A stretch of DNA of 61,556 bases, counting the filler, from Asterionella formosa (taxonomy: Eukaryota): assembly GCA_002256025.1 (NCBI GenBank). It is 21 parts of 21 records of this genome, joined end to end, with 100 filler letters (N's around TTAATTAATTAA, not from the genome) between each part and the next. Parts side by side here need not be neighbours in the genome. Positions count along the whole stretch, not along the records: positions 35,269 to 38,103 come from NKIB01014765.1; positions 38,204 to 41,037 come from NKIB01014766.1; positions 41,138 to 43,970 come from NKIB01014767.1; positions 44,071 to 46,903 come from NKIB01014768.1; positions 47,004 to 49,834 come from NKIB01014769.1; positions 49,935 to 52,765 come from NKIB01014770.1; 15 more parts are not named here. One strand, written 5' to 3'. The notes under the pieces were generated by a model that saw only the letters and a program-made list of their open reading frames with translations, did no database searches and was not told the origin of the DNA. Of this stretch, positions 37,774 through 52,029 are shown in pieces. A program made the position numbers and the translations under genes. Numbering within the stretch: the first letter of the stretch is position 1; every line of letters starts with the position of its first letter.

Positions 37774-38203
37774 TCAAAAAAAAATGTGGTACCATTTATT
37801 TGAGATCTGGCCATTGCAAATCAGTGAGACAGGGTATGCTGCTTTTGCATACTGCAACAACTGTGATTTCCCCCCGGGTTTGAGGAATATTGGATTTCAC
37901 AGAATCAGAAATGCTTTGTCCGGGACTTAAATAAATCAAAAAAATCTTTGTAAACATTTTGTGCCATCCAGCCGCTTTACACATTTTTGTAAACTTTTTC
38001 AACACATTGTGGTGATCGGAAGTATGTACCTGGACACCATAGACACTTTTGCCACACTTCCAGATCAGATCAATTGCAGGAAAATTGCAGTTTTTGGGTA
38101 CATNNNNNNNNNNNNNNNNNNNNNNNNNNNNNNNNNNNNNNNNNNNNTTAATTAATTAANNNNNNNNNNNNNNNNNNNNNNNNNNNNNNNNNNNNNNNNN
38201 NNN

Positions 38204-38900
38204 AGATTTCTGACTGAATGCTGGACTGAGCTGTGATGCTCTCGACGCAACCATTGAGATTGAAACTGGCATTCCCTGTTCACGTAATTCGAATATGAAG
38301 CGTAGGAGCTCATCTTGCATTGGCTGAAGTACAACAGAAGGCGGGCCGGGACAAAGGCTCCTCGCCTTATTGTTTCTTGCATGTTGCATTTCTTGTGTTT
38401 TTTTAGCCCAAACACCGTACATGGTATGATGGATGTTCACATCCTCACATGCAGCACGTTGACTCATCCCCATGTCAATCTTCCTCCGCACGTTGCGGAC
38501 GATTGCAAGCTTTTCCAGTACTGAGTAGCGCCTTCGCCTACCAGGTGGTGGAGGTGGTGGGCGCGCCTCCTCCTCTGCCTGCAATGACAGGCTGGGTGCG
38601 GTAACTTCCCTGACTGGTGTCGTTGCAATGCTGCTGTCCATTCTTGTTTGCTGTTATGCTTCTTTATGATACGTGAACTTACGGCATGCTGGCATGCTGC
38701 TTGATCTTGGCGCGTGTTTCTGTCTGTGGCGCGTCCAATTCGCTCGACTTCAGTGCTCAACTGAACCCCGTTTTTATTCCTGCTTTGCAATATGGGAATC
38801 TCGTATCTTGAACATCGAGACTCCATAAAATTTCGGAAGATAAGCTCCATTTCACAAATTTTGTGCACAATTCCCGGTGCTTAACTTCCGGTATTTACGG
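38204..38900 (-). mobile_element. 5' end of a pogo/Tc2-like transposon with transposase N-terminus (ORF 38641-38204)
   Basis: RRRYSVLEKLAIV..SQRAACEDVNI..W first HTH and ELLRFIFELREQGMPVS CENP-B-type HTH. Terminus TA|CCGTAAATACCGGAAGTTAAG at 38900. Confidence 0.85.
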
Positions 38901-38938
38901 TAGTGTGCTTCAACTCCTCTCGACTCTAGTTTAGTAGT

Positions 38939-40525
38939 TTAAACTGATGCTATGGGGTTGACAGTAGCCCTCTCCTCTCTACAGACACAAACAGATGCTC
39001 TAACAGCATTTCTCAATCCCTCTTTGTCCAATTTCATGACATTCACTGGTCGAGGGTCAGTGAAATACCTCAACATGTCCTGGAGCTGCTTGTTTGTCCA
39101 CATAGCAATCGTATCCTCATTATGTATGGCTGCATCAATCAGTGGAGTTATTTGTGGCAAAATTGAAAGCTTCTTCTGCTCCAATGATGCTATCGCTGCC
39201 ACCTTCTTTCTCTCCTTATCCTGGGTCTCAACCTTATTTGCAATTGACCTTGCTTCCTTTGCCCTGTCATTTTCTCCACAAATCTCGCCAACAATAGACA
39301 TGACTTCATTCATCTCTTTAATTCTTTCCATTTGGCTTGCTGAATTCAATACCCTTGAGTAGCTGGCCACATTGCCCTCCAACATATTGATTCTCCTCTT
39401 TGCAATCTTCTTCTTTGCTCCAACACCAATTGCATCAGAAATTACAGAACCGTGCAATACATCTTTCATTGTAGGTTGTAGCAGTGAAAGTTGGTCCCCA
39501 CTTATAGATATATCAAGGAATGCTGATGGCTCCAGATTCCTGTCTAGCTTGTTCCAGTGTTGCCGGCTGACAAAATTTGTCATGTGATCAAACCAGACTT
39601 TCTGCAGTACATTGCAGTTTCGGTCTTCAGTGTACTTTTTCACCATCTTTTCGGGTTTCCAAGAAACCCATTCAAATGAATCTAAGCAGGTTAGGTTGGT
39701 TGCAGCTTGCCTTAATTGTGTTTGTGGTACTGGTACTCCAGGTGGGCCTCGACCTCCACGCTTCAAATTAGGAAATTTGCCAGCGCGGATCAGAAAGTCC
39801 AAGTGATTCTCAGCTTGCTTCCATTTACAACATCCAGTAAAATCCATAACTAAAAGAATCATCTCCTTCCTCGTCATCCCATTGTTGTTTTTATCCCTGA
39901 AGCAAGCTATACCTTGAAGCTCATCTCTTTCTGACAACGTTGTTAAAGATTTGGGTGAAGGACAAGTTGGGCGCAGCATTTCTATGGTTGCAATTCCAAC
40001 CAAATTCTTATTGTTGGGATTGGCAACCTGCAGTCGTTTCCTTGCATCATACAATGTTGATCTTGGAACTCTGTGAGTGCGCACAATATTTGCCTCATTC
40101 CCCCCTCCCATGATGTTCAATTCTTCCAACAGTACTTTGATGTTACCAGGCAAATTCCAGTTCTTGTATCGACCGCGATGTTTCTTCTTCGAAACCAGAG
40201 ATTGACTCACTAAATTTTCAACATCATTCATTTCTTCTGTAATCACTGAATGGCTGCGCTTCTTGGCCTTGGTTGCTGCCTTCATCGTTGTAGTTATTGC
40301 TTTTGCTATTAATGTCACTGGTTTCTGATGAGACAAATCAGACTGATCCTTTGGAGGTCGTCCGCGCCGTAAAGGAATCCATCTAACAGAACAAGTAAAC
40401 AAGAAAATGAGCAAATTGCAATAACTCTGGACGTCCATTATTACTGGCATTGTTACTCACCCTCGTATGTCACCAGACCCTTTCAGCCTCGCCTGTTCTT
40501 GCCTAGTCTTTGGCCTCCCAGACAT
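38939..40525 (-). CDS. 502-aa AT-hook/HTH protein, probably transposase-derived (exons 40525-40461 and 40382-38939)
   Basis: A 78-bp GT-AG intron gives MSGRPKTR..DIRGWIPLRRGRPPK. HTH-like VPRSTLYDARKRL and a charged helical C-terminus. No DDE core recognisable. Confidence 0.55.
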
Positions 40526-40795
40526 GGTTTGATTATTGTAATTGAATGTGCACTGAGCAAGAAGAGTAAGTGACGCAAATTAAGGTTCCTGCATTTGAAC
40601 CCCTAGCTCGAGGTAGGGTTAAAAAAATAATATTAAGTCAGAGTAGTCAAACATAGACTTCTTACGAGTAAAACGTAAATGTATATCGCTAAACGGAGCT
40701 TTCACCAATACACACCCTTTCCACATGCTTAAATACAGTCATTTATCAAAGTAGGGGTTTAGGTCAACGCTATATATCGTCAGGATATAGGATCT

Positions 40796-40918
40796 GGCGA
40801 GAAACTGCAGAAAGGAACTTCGGTTTTTTAACTATGCTGAAAATAGTGGATTTTACCGGGCTAACTCGTTTATTTGGCCTAGTAAAAAAACCGAAGTTCC
40901 TTTCTGCAGTTTCTCGCC
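40796..40918. repeat. Inverted repeat with ~39-bp arms
   Basis: ggcgagaaactgcagaaaggaacttcggtttttt ... aaaaaaccgaagttcctttctgcagtttctcgcc. Confidence 0.92.
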
Positions 40919-42357
40919 GAAAGTTAACTTCTGGGGCTATATGAAGATTACCTATGTACTTAACTCTTCTTCAAACCCTGCCAACGTTGAGCTATCGTCG
41001 TCCAAAAATTCGACAATATCGGCCTTTTCAACGGTCANNNNNNNNNNNNNNNNNNNNNNNNNNNNNNNNNNNNNNNNNNNNTTAATTAATTAANNNNNNN
41101 NNNNNNNNNNNNNNNNNNNNNNNNNNNNNNNNNNNNNTTAATTAATTAATCATGCTATTGTTAACAAGTCGTCTTTGCAGTCGTTGTGCAGCCGAAACTT
41201 CTCAGAAGTACTCCCTCTGTCCGAAAACAGTTGCATTGATTTGCTGGCACCACCAGTGTCTTAACTGTTTGCATACTATGAAAGATTACGTAGCCAACAT
41301 ACCAATCATCTACGTGAGGGTCGGCTCATGCTAAGAAATGCGTTTGCTATCTCTTACACAGCAGATGTGAACATATACTCAGATTCTCCCTAATTGAACG
41401 CAAGTTGCAGTTGTTCTACTGTTATATCTTACTTTGTACATAAGCTGAGAATAGATGGTTCGAAGAAAAATGGGTCCTCATTCATGTGCATTTTGCTCGA
41501 GATAGCACGAACATGCCCAAAAACGTTTTTTAATACGTATTTGCCTATTTTAAATTTACTACATAAATATAATACATGGATCTGTAGTTTAGAATCAGCC
41601 GCTCAATAGCAGGGCAAGTGAGCCGGAGAAAATCAAAGGATTCAAAATGGCCCCAGATGAATTTGAAAAATCGATGGAACTGTTTCCAGACGGAGAGAGT
41701 ACGATGCAACTAGAACTTCACATGCCCCAAGTCAAACTTTTCCAGTTTTCCGGGTCGGATATTAAGCTAAAACTTGTTTTCTAGTTTCCCCGAGTTTTTT
41801 TGAAACTTATCAATAAAACCTTATAGTACTTTTTAAGACTAGTTCATAGAAATCATCTTTAAAGATTGTTTTGATGCCCTGAAAAATCAAAAAACATGAC
41901 AAATTCAAACGACCATCATGGTAACTTTAAGACCACAATGGATCTAAAAACAACCTTTAAAGGCAACAGGCCTGTCTAATTGGATTCATTGGAGACCATG
42001 TACGAATGTTACAGTAAACAAGTGAGTTTTCCTATCCAAAATAGGCGGGACAGTATAGTTAGACCAGAATTTACTAGCTTTGCTGTGAATTTTTTCATGT
42101 ATCATGATGGTGTGACTGTATGTCATATTCGCTAGTATAGCTGTTCTTTTTCTTGATTGCAGCAACGAAACAATGCAAAGAAATTAGAATTCTTTTTACC
42201 ATCAAAATTAATTGCCCATTCTTGTTGCATCTAAGAATTTGAAGCACAACATGCGTTAAAAAGGTCCATACTCCTTCTTGCCTGGGTCTCTCTTCACGTA
42301 GGCTCTTATGTGCTTGTAGTAGTACTACCTAGTACCACTTACTTTTCTCTCTGCTCT

Positions 42358-42636
42358 GCTGAAGGCAATACACGCCCGAGGTGGTCTCTTGCCTGCAAGT
42401 ATACATGTGTTCGAGGCTGGGTGGAGCAAGTAGGTTGATCGTACGAGTGCCACCCCCAGCACTGCAAGAAGGTCACCCTGTGAGTGCCATCCCAGCCGAG
42501 TACACATGTATACAAGCAAGAAGGCAAGTAGCTGCCAAGAAGGGTATTGTTGAGGCAATTCCCGCTCTAGCTATTGTCGTGTCATTCGCTTACCTACTGC
42601 CCACAAATAAAGCATAACTGTCAATTTTAGCTTACC
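42358..42636. repeat. Dispersed hairpin element, copy 2
   Basis: Matches 7105-7378. Confidence 0.9.
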
Positions 42637-44188
42637 ATGGAGATATTGTTGTTGCGGTCGAACGCCATGTTGTAGCTTCTGCCGATTTTCTATTTTAGCT
42701 ATTTCGCAATGAATATCAAAGCTACAAGCTCGTTTCTTTCAATTTTTGCTAGCGACACATGTATTCTATCTAAGAAACTAATAAAAGTGTGAAGCAGTTG
42801 TTCAAAATCGAAAATTAATAATCATTTCATCTTGGTTTGTTATCATGGTAATCGCAAATTTCACATGTTCGATTCATGAGCGATTGTATAATTATTACAC
42901 CGGTACCCGTTTTGTAGGAAGAAAGCATATTGATATTAAACATGTATCGATATGTACATGTACCAGTATACCGGTATGTATTCCCGGACGTGTGCACTCA
43001 TTGGCAAAACGATAAAGCCACGGATGAAAGATAAGCATTTTCCGAGCTAGCCAGATTATTAATTTTAGCATTGGATCTACCGGTAGGGGCGTGCATATCT
43101 GAAATGTCCAAATCGTCATTTCGGCAATTTTACCGCAACTTGCTGGAAACACGTCCATTCTATGAAAGATTCACGAAGGGGCGGCGTGCATCCTCGACTA
43201 AAGATAGAGTACTGATCTACCATCTTCACGAGAAACCAAATTTTTGAAGGTCATGATTATAGAATCTTTCAGTAGGAGAAATGGGTAGTATGACATTCTT
43301 GCTAACATCGCATTCGTTCACATTTGTCGAACGACAAATTGTGTTTGAAAAATCGATAATTTTGACCCCCCGGCAAAGAAAGAAGATTTGGATTGCTTTG
43401 TGTACTTGCAAGTACGTGAACTACGTTGGATGGCCCGCCCGTCCAATCGCATCACACTTTATCATTGCACAAAATTGTCTCATAACGTCGTTTCCGCACA
43501 ACTGTTGATCTATCTATCTTTCAGCAAATTGTAAGTGGTGGAACTATGTATGCACCAAACACCAGCAGAGAGCTGCCAACATGTCAGAGTACTATTGGTG
43601 ATTCACGCCACCTATTATAACGACCAGGGTACTGTCAGGCAATCCAGACGGGTGGTGTCATCAAGGAAAGTCTTTGTTTTGCTGCAGAAGCTAACGCTTA
43701 CCTCTTTCTTTTGTTGTACTTTTTATTTATTCATTGATTGATTCATTCTTTCCTTCTTTCAAATTAGCCAAGACCATGATTCTCAACCTTGAACGCACCA
43801 AGAAGTGGGCATTCTTTGGAGTGACTGCTTTGGTGTTCTGTTTTGTTGAAATTGCGTCCCGAAGCACTCTATGCTTTCTTGTATCCTGTAAGGACACGTC
43901 AGGGACCAAATAGGCTGTAGATATAACAACGATGTCTCCGTGATCGATTGTAATCGTTCCTAAGAGTTTTNNNNNNNNNNNNNNNNNNNNNNNNNNNNNN
44001 NNNNNNNNNNNNNNTTAATTAATTAANNNNNNNNNNNNNNNNNNNNNNNNNNNNNNNNNNNNNNNNNNNNTCATCCACACTTGCATCTTTTCCTGGGTCA
44101 CGGACTTGACATAATCCATCATTTATAGCAAAAAGATAATGCACAAAATGATTGTTTTCCTCCTCATCTGATCTTTTGCAATACACAA

Positions 44189-45358
44189 TTAGCACATGGT
44201 TATTTTCGTGATGAAATTGATGACAATCACCTTGGTATATATATGGATTGTTATTACCCTTTTCTGGGTTCTCATCCAGATCAAATATAGTATAACCTTT
44301 ACATCACTTGGATGAAGTTCATGAATTATATAATCGATCATAAAGGTAATTGTTTCAAGGTCCCAATATGCAAGATCTTTAAAATCTGAAGATGATTTTT
44401 TGATACCTTTGACTCCATAAAATACAGAGGCGTAATAGCATATATCTTGCGGGGTATGAGTGTACAACTCTTTCCACAATTTTAGTTGTCCATGCGATTT
44501 CGGAAAACTCAAGGAAAATGCCATTTGCTTTGGCATAATAACTCTACAAATTTCACATGCCGACTCTTCACAGAAGTAGCTGCCTTTTGGATTGTTTTCA
44601 ATGATTTTACAAAGAAATTATTTTTCTTCCATGTATTATTTGGAAAAAGATTCAATTTTGTGTTTCTGACTTCGTTCCCTGATCAGAGCATCAACTGCCT
44701 TAGCCAGCATCACATCACTGTCTGCATTGATCTTCTTGAATTCGAGGTCTTGATCTAGCTCAGCCTTTTTCTTGAATATCGGTTCTTTTAGAAATGCAAT
44801 AGTTTCTCTGCTTTCATGATGTTCATCTTGATGTTCTGGACAAATAGTGAGATATATTTCTTGGTTTTGCAACTTTTCAACCATTTCTACTTCAGAAGTG
44901 ATGTCTCCCACATTTCCACCATTATTTTCATTCATCGCATGATTTTGTTCATCAAATCAATGAGAATCACTAAGTTCTTCTTCATTATCAGCGATTTCAG
45001 GAGAATGAGCAAAACACGACACTGGATGGTGGAACTGTGACTCTGTACGAATAGAGTCTTCATCCACAAAGACCAACTGTTTGGGTTTCCTCTTCGAAAG
45101 CAATCTTTCCTTCTTTTCAATCTCAGCCACTATTGTATCGGCATACTTTATTATTTTTTCTGGAGTATTATGAATCTGTTCAAATTCATTTGATCTTTGA
45201 GTGTATTCAAAGGAATCTTCGATTGATTTCAAAACTTTCTTCATCTTCTTTTCCGAAAACATAAAGTCGTGTAGTGTAAACAATGGAAGTAAGTCTCGTT
45301 TCTTGTTTGACTGATCCTTTCCATGAAGTCCGTGAAATGCCATTTGGAAAGTTGTCAA
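44189..45358 (-). pseudogene. Interrupted coding-like region of unknown family
   Basis: Three successive protein-like ORFs on the same strand (133, 99 and 115 aa), separated by frameshifts or stops. Confidence 0.3.
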
Positions 45359-46153
45359 AGGGCCAGAAGACTATGATGTAAAACAGTGGAAGGGAAACGA
45401 GGAGCTTTTTGCGGCGCTTGTGGAGGTGGAACTGGTGTGATGGTAACCGAGTGTCATAATTGTTGAACAGAGCACAGTGTAATATGCATGTTCCGCCAGT
45501 GTATTGTTTACACAATACACATGCCGGCATATATATAGCTAAAACAACGAAAGACGACACGACAATGAACGTGATGGCTGGTTGTTGAGGATACCGGTAT
45601 GTGATATGCATCAATCCATATCACAAATCATATTATAGTGATGTACATATCAACACATCCGTATACTTAGATCCTATCCACCATATAATACTATCATTTT
45701 AACTGTTGACTTTAACTGTATACATTAAACGACAAACATATATATTAATTAAAATACTTTATGATTGCTTGATTTATTTTCTATGATGTCTTGGTAACAC
45801 TTGCGTACATATTTTATCGTACTTTATTGTCATTGTACTATTTTAACATAATCATATTTTGATCAAAATTATATCATAAACATTTTATAAAATCATCATA
45901 GTTTTATGATCAATGTATCATAGCTATGTGATGTACTTTATTCAATATTACATATCATACTTTGGTGATGTATGCATCGATGTAACCCTATCATGATATC
46001 ACATTATCATCTTACCAATCATGATGAGATGATTCGGAAGCAACTGTATTCTGCATCATGCTATGGGGTATATTATTATATCACGCAATTTAGTAGCTAA
46101 GTCACTCCGCCTGTAATGTACAAAAGTCGACAGTGCACATACTCACACGCTAA

Positions 46154-46560
46154 TCAGGTTTGAGGCAACGCACAGTGGTTCCAACGAGCGAATAATGATA
46201 CCACGAGTACCAATTTTTCCAGGGAAAGAACTTGTCTCTCTATTGATGAGGATGACGCGGACACGGACACCGACTTTTCCAGGAGCAAACAACAATGAAG
46301 AGACCCACTTGTCGCTCTATTGATGGTAACAAAGATGCGGACAAGTTCAACAGTGAATACAAGAACAACATACCATTGAAAACAAGTCAACAGTGTGTGT
46401 ACGCACACGCCAAGCAGGTTTGAGGCAACGAAAAGTTCCAACAAGCAAATGACGATACAGATATCAAATTTTTCCTAGAAACAAACAACAATGAAAAGAG
46501 CCACTTGCTTTCGCTCTCTTGATGGTATCAAAGATGCGGACAAATTCAATAGTTAATTCA
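46154..46560. repeat. Degenerate tandem duplication
   Basis: caggtttgaggcaacg at ~46155 and ~46414. The block aaacaacaatgaa..ccacttg..caaagatgcggacaa occurs twice. Confidence 0.75.
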
Positions 46561-47068
46561 TGTACAGTATGCCAAATGCAGAAACGAGCGAGCATTATGA
46601 AAATGAAATGCATTCTAATCAGAATCATTCTATAACTATAGCTATGTGGACAGTAGTCTGTTACGCACATTTTCGTATCTCCTTCTATGCTGAATCTCAA
46701 TAGTAGATGTAGTATCATGTGAGAATTGAAAATGTCAACGAGAACAAGTAGAATATGTTTGTTTTCGGGTTGATTGGCGAAATTTTCATGCTGAAGTCGA
46801 CGAAACGGATTTACCTTGTGCGCTGTGTGCGGAACCATTACGAGTTCGAATGATTTCTTCTCTCCTGTAAACTCTTAATTGAATGACTATGAACAAAGGT
46901 TCANNNNNNNNNNNNNNNNNNNNNNNNNNNNNNNNNNNNNNNNNNNNTTAATTAATTAANNNNNNNNNNNNNNNNNNNNNNNNNNNNNNNNNNNNNNNNN
47001 NNNGTCCGGAGACAAGATATGAGGGTACCAGACCATCCAGAGTCTGAAGAAGTCGTACAAGGCGCATC

Positions 47069-49834
47069 ATGAGTGGCAAAGGAAAGTTTACCAAGAAGGC
47101 TCAAGCCAAGGGCAAGTTTCAAGCCAAGGGAGGGAGCAATATTGCTTCTCACTCCATCAAGAAGTCAGTCAATGACTATAACTACTACCTTGGATCATCG
47201 AAGCAGGCATCTGACTATGAGACTACTAATGAGTATCTCATCAACTACATCAAGAAAGTGTTTGATTATGGCAATAACATAGGAACCGCGCTCGAGTTAT
47301 TAGAACCAATGAGCACATTGGCATGGAAGCCAAGAATGCAAGTGAGCATTGCAACAACAGAAGAAGATCGCACTGCAGAGAATCGACAATATGAGATTGA
47401 GTTCAAGGCCAATTATGACACCAACAGTAAAAGGGTACAGGCCTACGAAAATAATAATACCAAGGCATATGTGTTGCTCTGGGAAAGATGCAACAAAGCC
47501 ATGAAGAACAAGATTGAAGCGAGATCCAATTACAGTAGGATCAAAAATAACTCAATAACATTGCTTATGGCAATTAAAGAAAACGCACTAAATTTTCAAG
47601 AAAATCGATATTCTATGTCGATCATTTTAGATGCGATGAGAACGCTTTTATTCACAAAGCAAAAAGAAGGAGAAAATCTACAAGACTACACCAAGAGATT
47701 TCGTGTGGCACGTGATGTGCTCAACTCACACATGGGAGGACCCATTATCCTCACCAAGTTCATTGAAGCCATGGATGGATACAACGAGACTGACATCAAG
47801 CAACAAGACAAATTTCGTGAACAAGCTTTCAGTCAACTTATGGCATATTTATATCTCAATAATGCCAATAAGGCCAAATATGGATCAATTATGACCGGGC
47901 TGAACACTCAACAATCACTCAGCAACGATCAGTAAACAAAGAGCATCACCAAATCAAATAATGTTCTCAGCAACCATCGGTTTGACATAATAAATGAATT
48001 CAATAACAAGAAACCAGGAGAAAATAAGAATAAAGAGAGAAAACAAAAGGATGCAGGGAAGGAAGACGAAGATGTGAACTTATCGTTTGCAACATCTTCA
48101 GTTATGCCGATATGGCAGATCATAGGTACAGAATTACCTAATACTCTGAGAAAGAAGATGCATTTATTGTTCATTTGCCTGACAAACCAGTTCAATTTGA
48201 AAGAATTGGGATGAACTTATCTGTTTTCAAACCAATTACAACAAGTAAAGCGAAGAATGCTTAAATGTTAAATACAGTTGAAGAAAACAAAACATTTTAC
48301 ACTGAACATCAATTTCAGAGAGCTAAGCGAGCTTGTGATCTATTTCATGCCTTGGGTACACCATCAATAAATGATTTCAAGGCAATAATTCGTATGAATA
48401 CGATCAACAATAATCCAGTGACTACCGATGATATCAAAATTGCAGAGAAAATTTTTGGACCTGACATCGGAACACTAAAAGGCAAGACAACTCGTCGCAA
48501 GCTGCTGCCAGTCGTGAATGACTACATCGAGATTCCTAAGGAGCTTATCCAAGCTCAATGCGAAGTGATTCTTTGCATGGATGGAATGAAAGTGAATGGA
48601 CAATCATTTCTCACAACAATTTCTCGAAACACTATGTATAGGACAGTGCAATGGGTCAAGAATCAGACAGCTGAAGTCTATCAAGCACATGAAAAACCTG
48701 TGTTTTTAAACACTAATGCACCACGCAGCCTAGATTGCATTTATCTACACTACAATGACAACATGCAAGGAGGTCATGAATTATTACACCTACCTACAAA
48801 TTCATTGATCACTAGACGAACAGTTACTCCTCTACCACTTACCCCAGCAATCATGAATCAAGTACACGCCATTGCTGCGCAGGAAAATATGCCAAATGGT
48901 CTCAAGATAACAAATCGAATGGGACAACTTTTTTATGACAGTGTTTGGATTGCAGGAGTGGATTATGATAATGAAGCATTTAAAGATGCACAAGATGAAG
49001 ATTATGAAGATCAAGATGCTAGTGAGGACAACGAAAGCAATGATGAAATTTTCGGAGAAGAAGACTACAATGAAATGACTACGGATGAAATATATGAAGC
49101 AGAACAGCTCAAATTAAACAACAATACTCAAGAGGATGACCCTGAACCTGACAAGGGAAACAATGAAATTAATGTTGAAATGAATGCAGATCAAATCCAA
49201 GATGAGGATGAAGAACCAGTAAATGAAGCAGAGTGAGAATGAAGAGGCAATGTTAGAAGTCAATCCAAGCACCACTGAGGATGACACAGACCCAAATGTT
49301 AGAACTACAAGGTCTTGAAGAGTCTCAAGACCACCATCAAAACTAACTATGGTCCAAAATCATTTGCATACCCAAGCACACTGTCAAGAAGGATGCATGA
49401 CTGATAATGCGAAAGTGATCGCAATGACAATGTGTTATATGAATGAGATGTGTATCGATAAAGAAGCATTTCACTTTGTTCAGTCATACAGCTTAAGGAA
49501 AGGCCTCAAGAAATTTGGCCAGAAAGGAAGAGACGCTGTGTATAAAGAAATGAAACAACTTCATGATAGAGTTGTATTTGAACCAAATAGGATTGAAGAC
49601 CTAACCGATATCGAAAAGCGACGTGCAATGGAAAGTCTAATTTTTTTGGTTGAAAAGAGAGACAAGAGCATTAAAGGCAGAGCATGTGCCAATGGCAGTT
49701 CGCAACGTGAATTCATGGAAAGAGATGAAGCAGCTAGTCCAACTACCATGACTGAATCTGTTATGATAACAGCAACAATTGATGCAAAGCAAAATCGCGA
49801 TGTTATGACTGCAGATATACCCAATGCATTTGTG
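47069..49834 (+). mobile_element. Degenerate CoDi-like Copia retrotransposon (gag, partial integrase, RT start)
   Basis: 288-aa gag ORF. AEKIFGPDIGTLKGKTTR and LCMDGMKVNG (integrase region). RT KGRACANGSSQR..ASPT..TADIPNAFV. Confidence 0.9.
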
Positions 49835-52029
49835 NNNNNNNNNNNNNNNNNNNNNNNNNNNNNNNNNNNNNNNNNNNNTTAATTAATTAANNNNNNNNNN
49901 NNNNNNNNNNNNNNNNNNNNNNNNNNNNNNNNNNCTGTGAGGTCGCACTGGGGCGAGAAGGCCCTGGGAAGGCGCAAGAACCTAAATGTGGTTGTCAGAA
50001 CGGCAGAGGATTGTACAGACAGTAAGAAATGGGCGGATGAATCCCTGGCGGCATTTGTTGTGGAGGATTTGGGCAGTAAGGCGGTGTTTAAAAATTGTCA
50101 AACCTCGCCATACTAACCGAGGGTGAGTGAAGTACGCATAGGCCAAACAGGTGACCCCATTCATCTTATCCAGGAACATTAATGTCGGCACCCATAACCA
50201 AGAGTGATATCTGCTATTAGACAGAGGGTACAGCGTGCTTTGGTGGCCAAAGGTTGGCTCCATGGACAAAAGAATGACTTTCTGTCAATTCATCCATAAC
50301 ATAGACTTGAAAACAAATCAATAAGGGCAGGTCCATTGCGCAGACTGAAGTGGGAGCCTGGTGTAAGTTGGGAGTGATATATGGAAATGGTCTCGCCCAT
50401 GAAGTCGATAAATGTCCAAGGAGGGCATTATTTCAACCAATCAATGTATGGGTAGTAAAAGCTTTGAAAGCAGAGACTCTGCCAATGAATCAATTGCTGT
50501 AATGACAGGAAACAGCCACTTGGTTAAGGGGTCAAGCTTGAATACAAAATTCGAAAGCAAATGCTACATCTGCAAATTAAACATATCATGTATATAGGAT
50601 CAAGGGTATTAAACACTTTAAGGCATAAAATTTTCAGAAAAATATATGATACTTTTATGGCTAAATGACATGATCAATTCAAACGAAAAGTATGACCATT
50701 CAATCATACTTACCGGGGTATAATACCATTTCTTTCCGTTTGTCAGAAAGTGATTCTAATGCACAAAATATGCATCACAATTGTTGCAACATATTCTATA
50801 TTTTAATCATTTTTATAGCGCATTCTTACTATTCTATTTCTAGAGTTGCCGTCATTGCGCTCCATGGCCCATATAAGGTGGGGCAGTGGAAAGGGTTTGT
50901 TGGTAGTCACTTCCTCGTGTGGAAGTAGTTTAAAAAAATTGTGGTCGCTTTATTCTTGGTTCAGTTCTCTATGAGTGCACTTCTCATGTCAGCCGGAGAA
51001 TAGGGTGGTGAGTGTGGATTGGGTTAAAGATTTCCCCATTTGGCCACAATTCTGGTGATTCAATTTGAAGTCTCCATACCAATTGGTGATTCCAGGGCTT
51101 CCAACTCATTGTTTTTTGTCATTGTCGTTGTCTTTATTGTCTTCATTATCACAAAGATCATTGCTTTGAGCAGCCCATCCAGCTCTGGCTCAATTTCTTC
51201 ATCAGTGACTTCTTCATTTCTTTGTCTTCTTCTTTATTATTGTTAATGTTTGGTATATCGCCATTCTTGTATTCTTCTGCGTCTTCAGCACTGTAATAGT
51301 GCTCACTATAGTGAAAAAGGTGTTAAACTTCTTCTTTTCTTTTCTTGTCTCTTGATACTGTCTTTGCCTGATTTATGTTATGTTGATTCCATTGCTGTGA
51401 ATTCCCCAAATGTGTGTAGTGTTTGTGGAAGACGCCAAATCAACATCCATGCAATCACTGGTTTTCACCGCTCCTGCATTAATCTTTGTTTGCTTTTCCA
51501 TCTCCTCACCTTTCTGTCGGATTTCATTACCAGCTAAAGGTGCTGTCCCACATGTATGAGTTTTTTTTCTTTGCCTGGTTGGCCGCTTGGATAGCGCTTT
51601 TCGTCATGGTGAATTGGTCGTTTTTTGGATTTATTAACTATCGGGACCCGGAGGTCCCTGTAGCTTACGTACCACTAAATACTGTGATCAGCGCTGTAGT
51701 ACTGTAGTAGTCTTTCTTAAACTCGCCTTTATACTTGGCCAAAAAGTTGCAACATATTCTAGTTTAAATTATGATCAATTATTGTACAATAATATTGATC
51801 CATCATTAACAATTTGAACACAAAATCATCAGACAATATAAATCAATTGCACAACAAAATTTCTTTTCAATGTCATTTACCGTTGTATTCTTTTCGCATT
51901 TCTCATGATAAATAAATATTGTTGGTGTTTACAGCAACTCGCCATATATCCTATAATTTGAATTCATTTCTCGTATTTCTAGCTGTCTTAGAATGATCGT
52001 AATTCCTTTCAAAATCACTGTTCAAACTA

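Noticed and set aside
41138..41150. Extra TTAATTAATTAA at a contig start
   Set aside because: Either a chance AT-rich sequence or spacer carry-over; no biological support.
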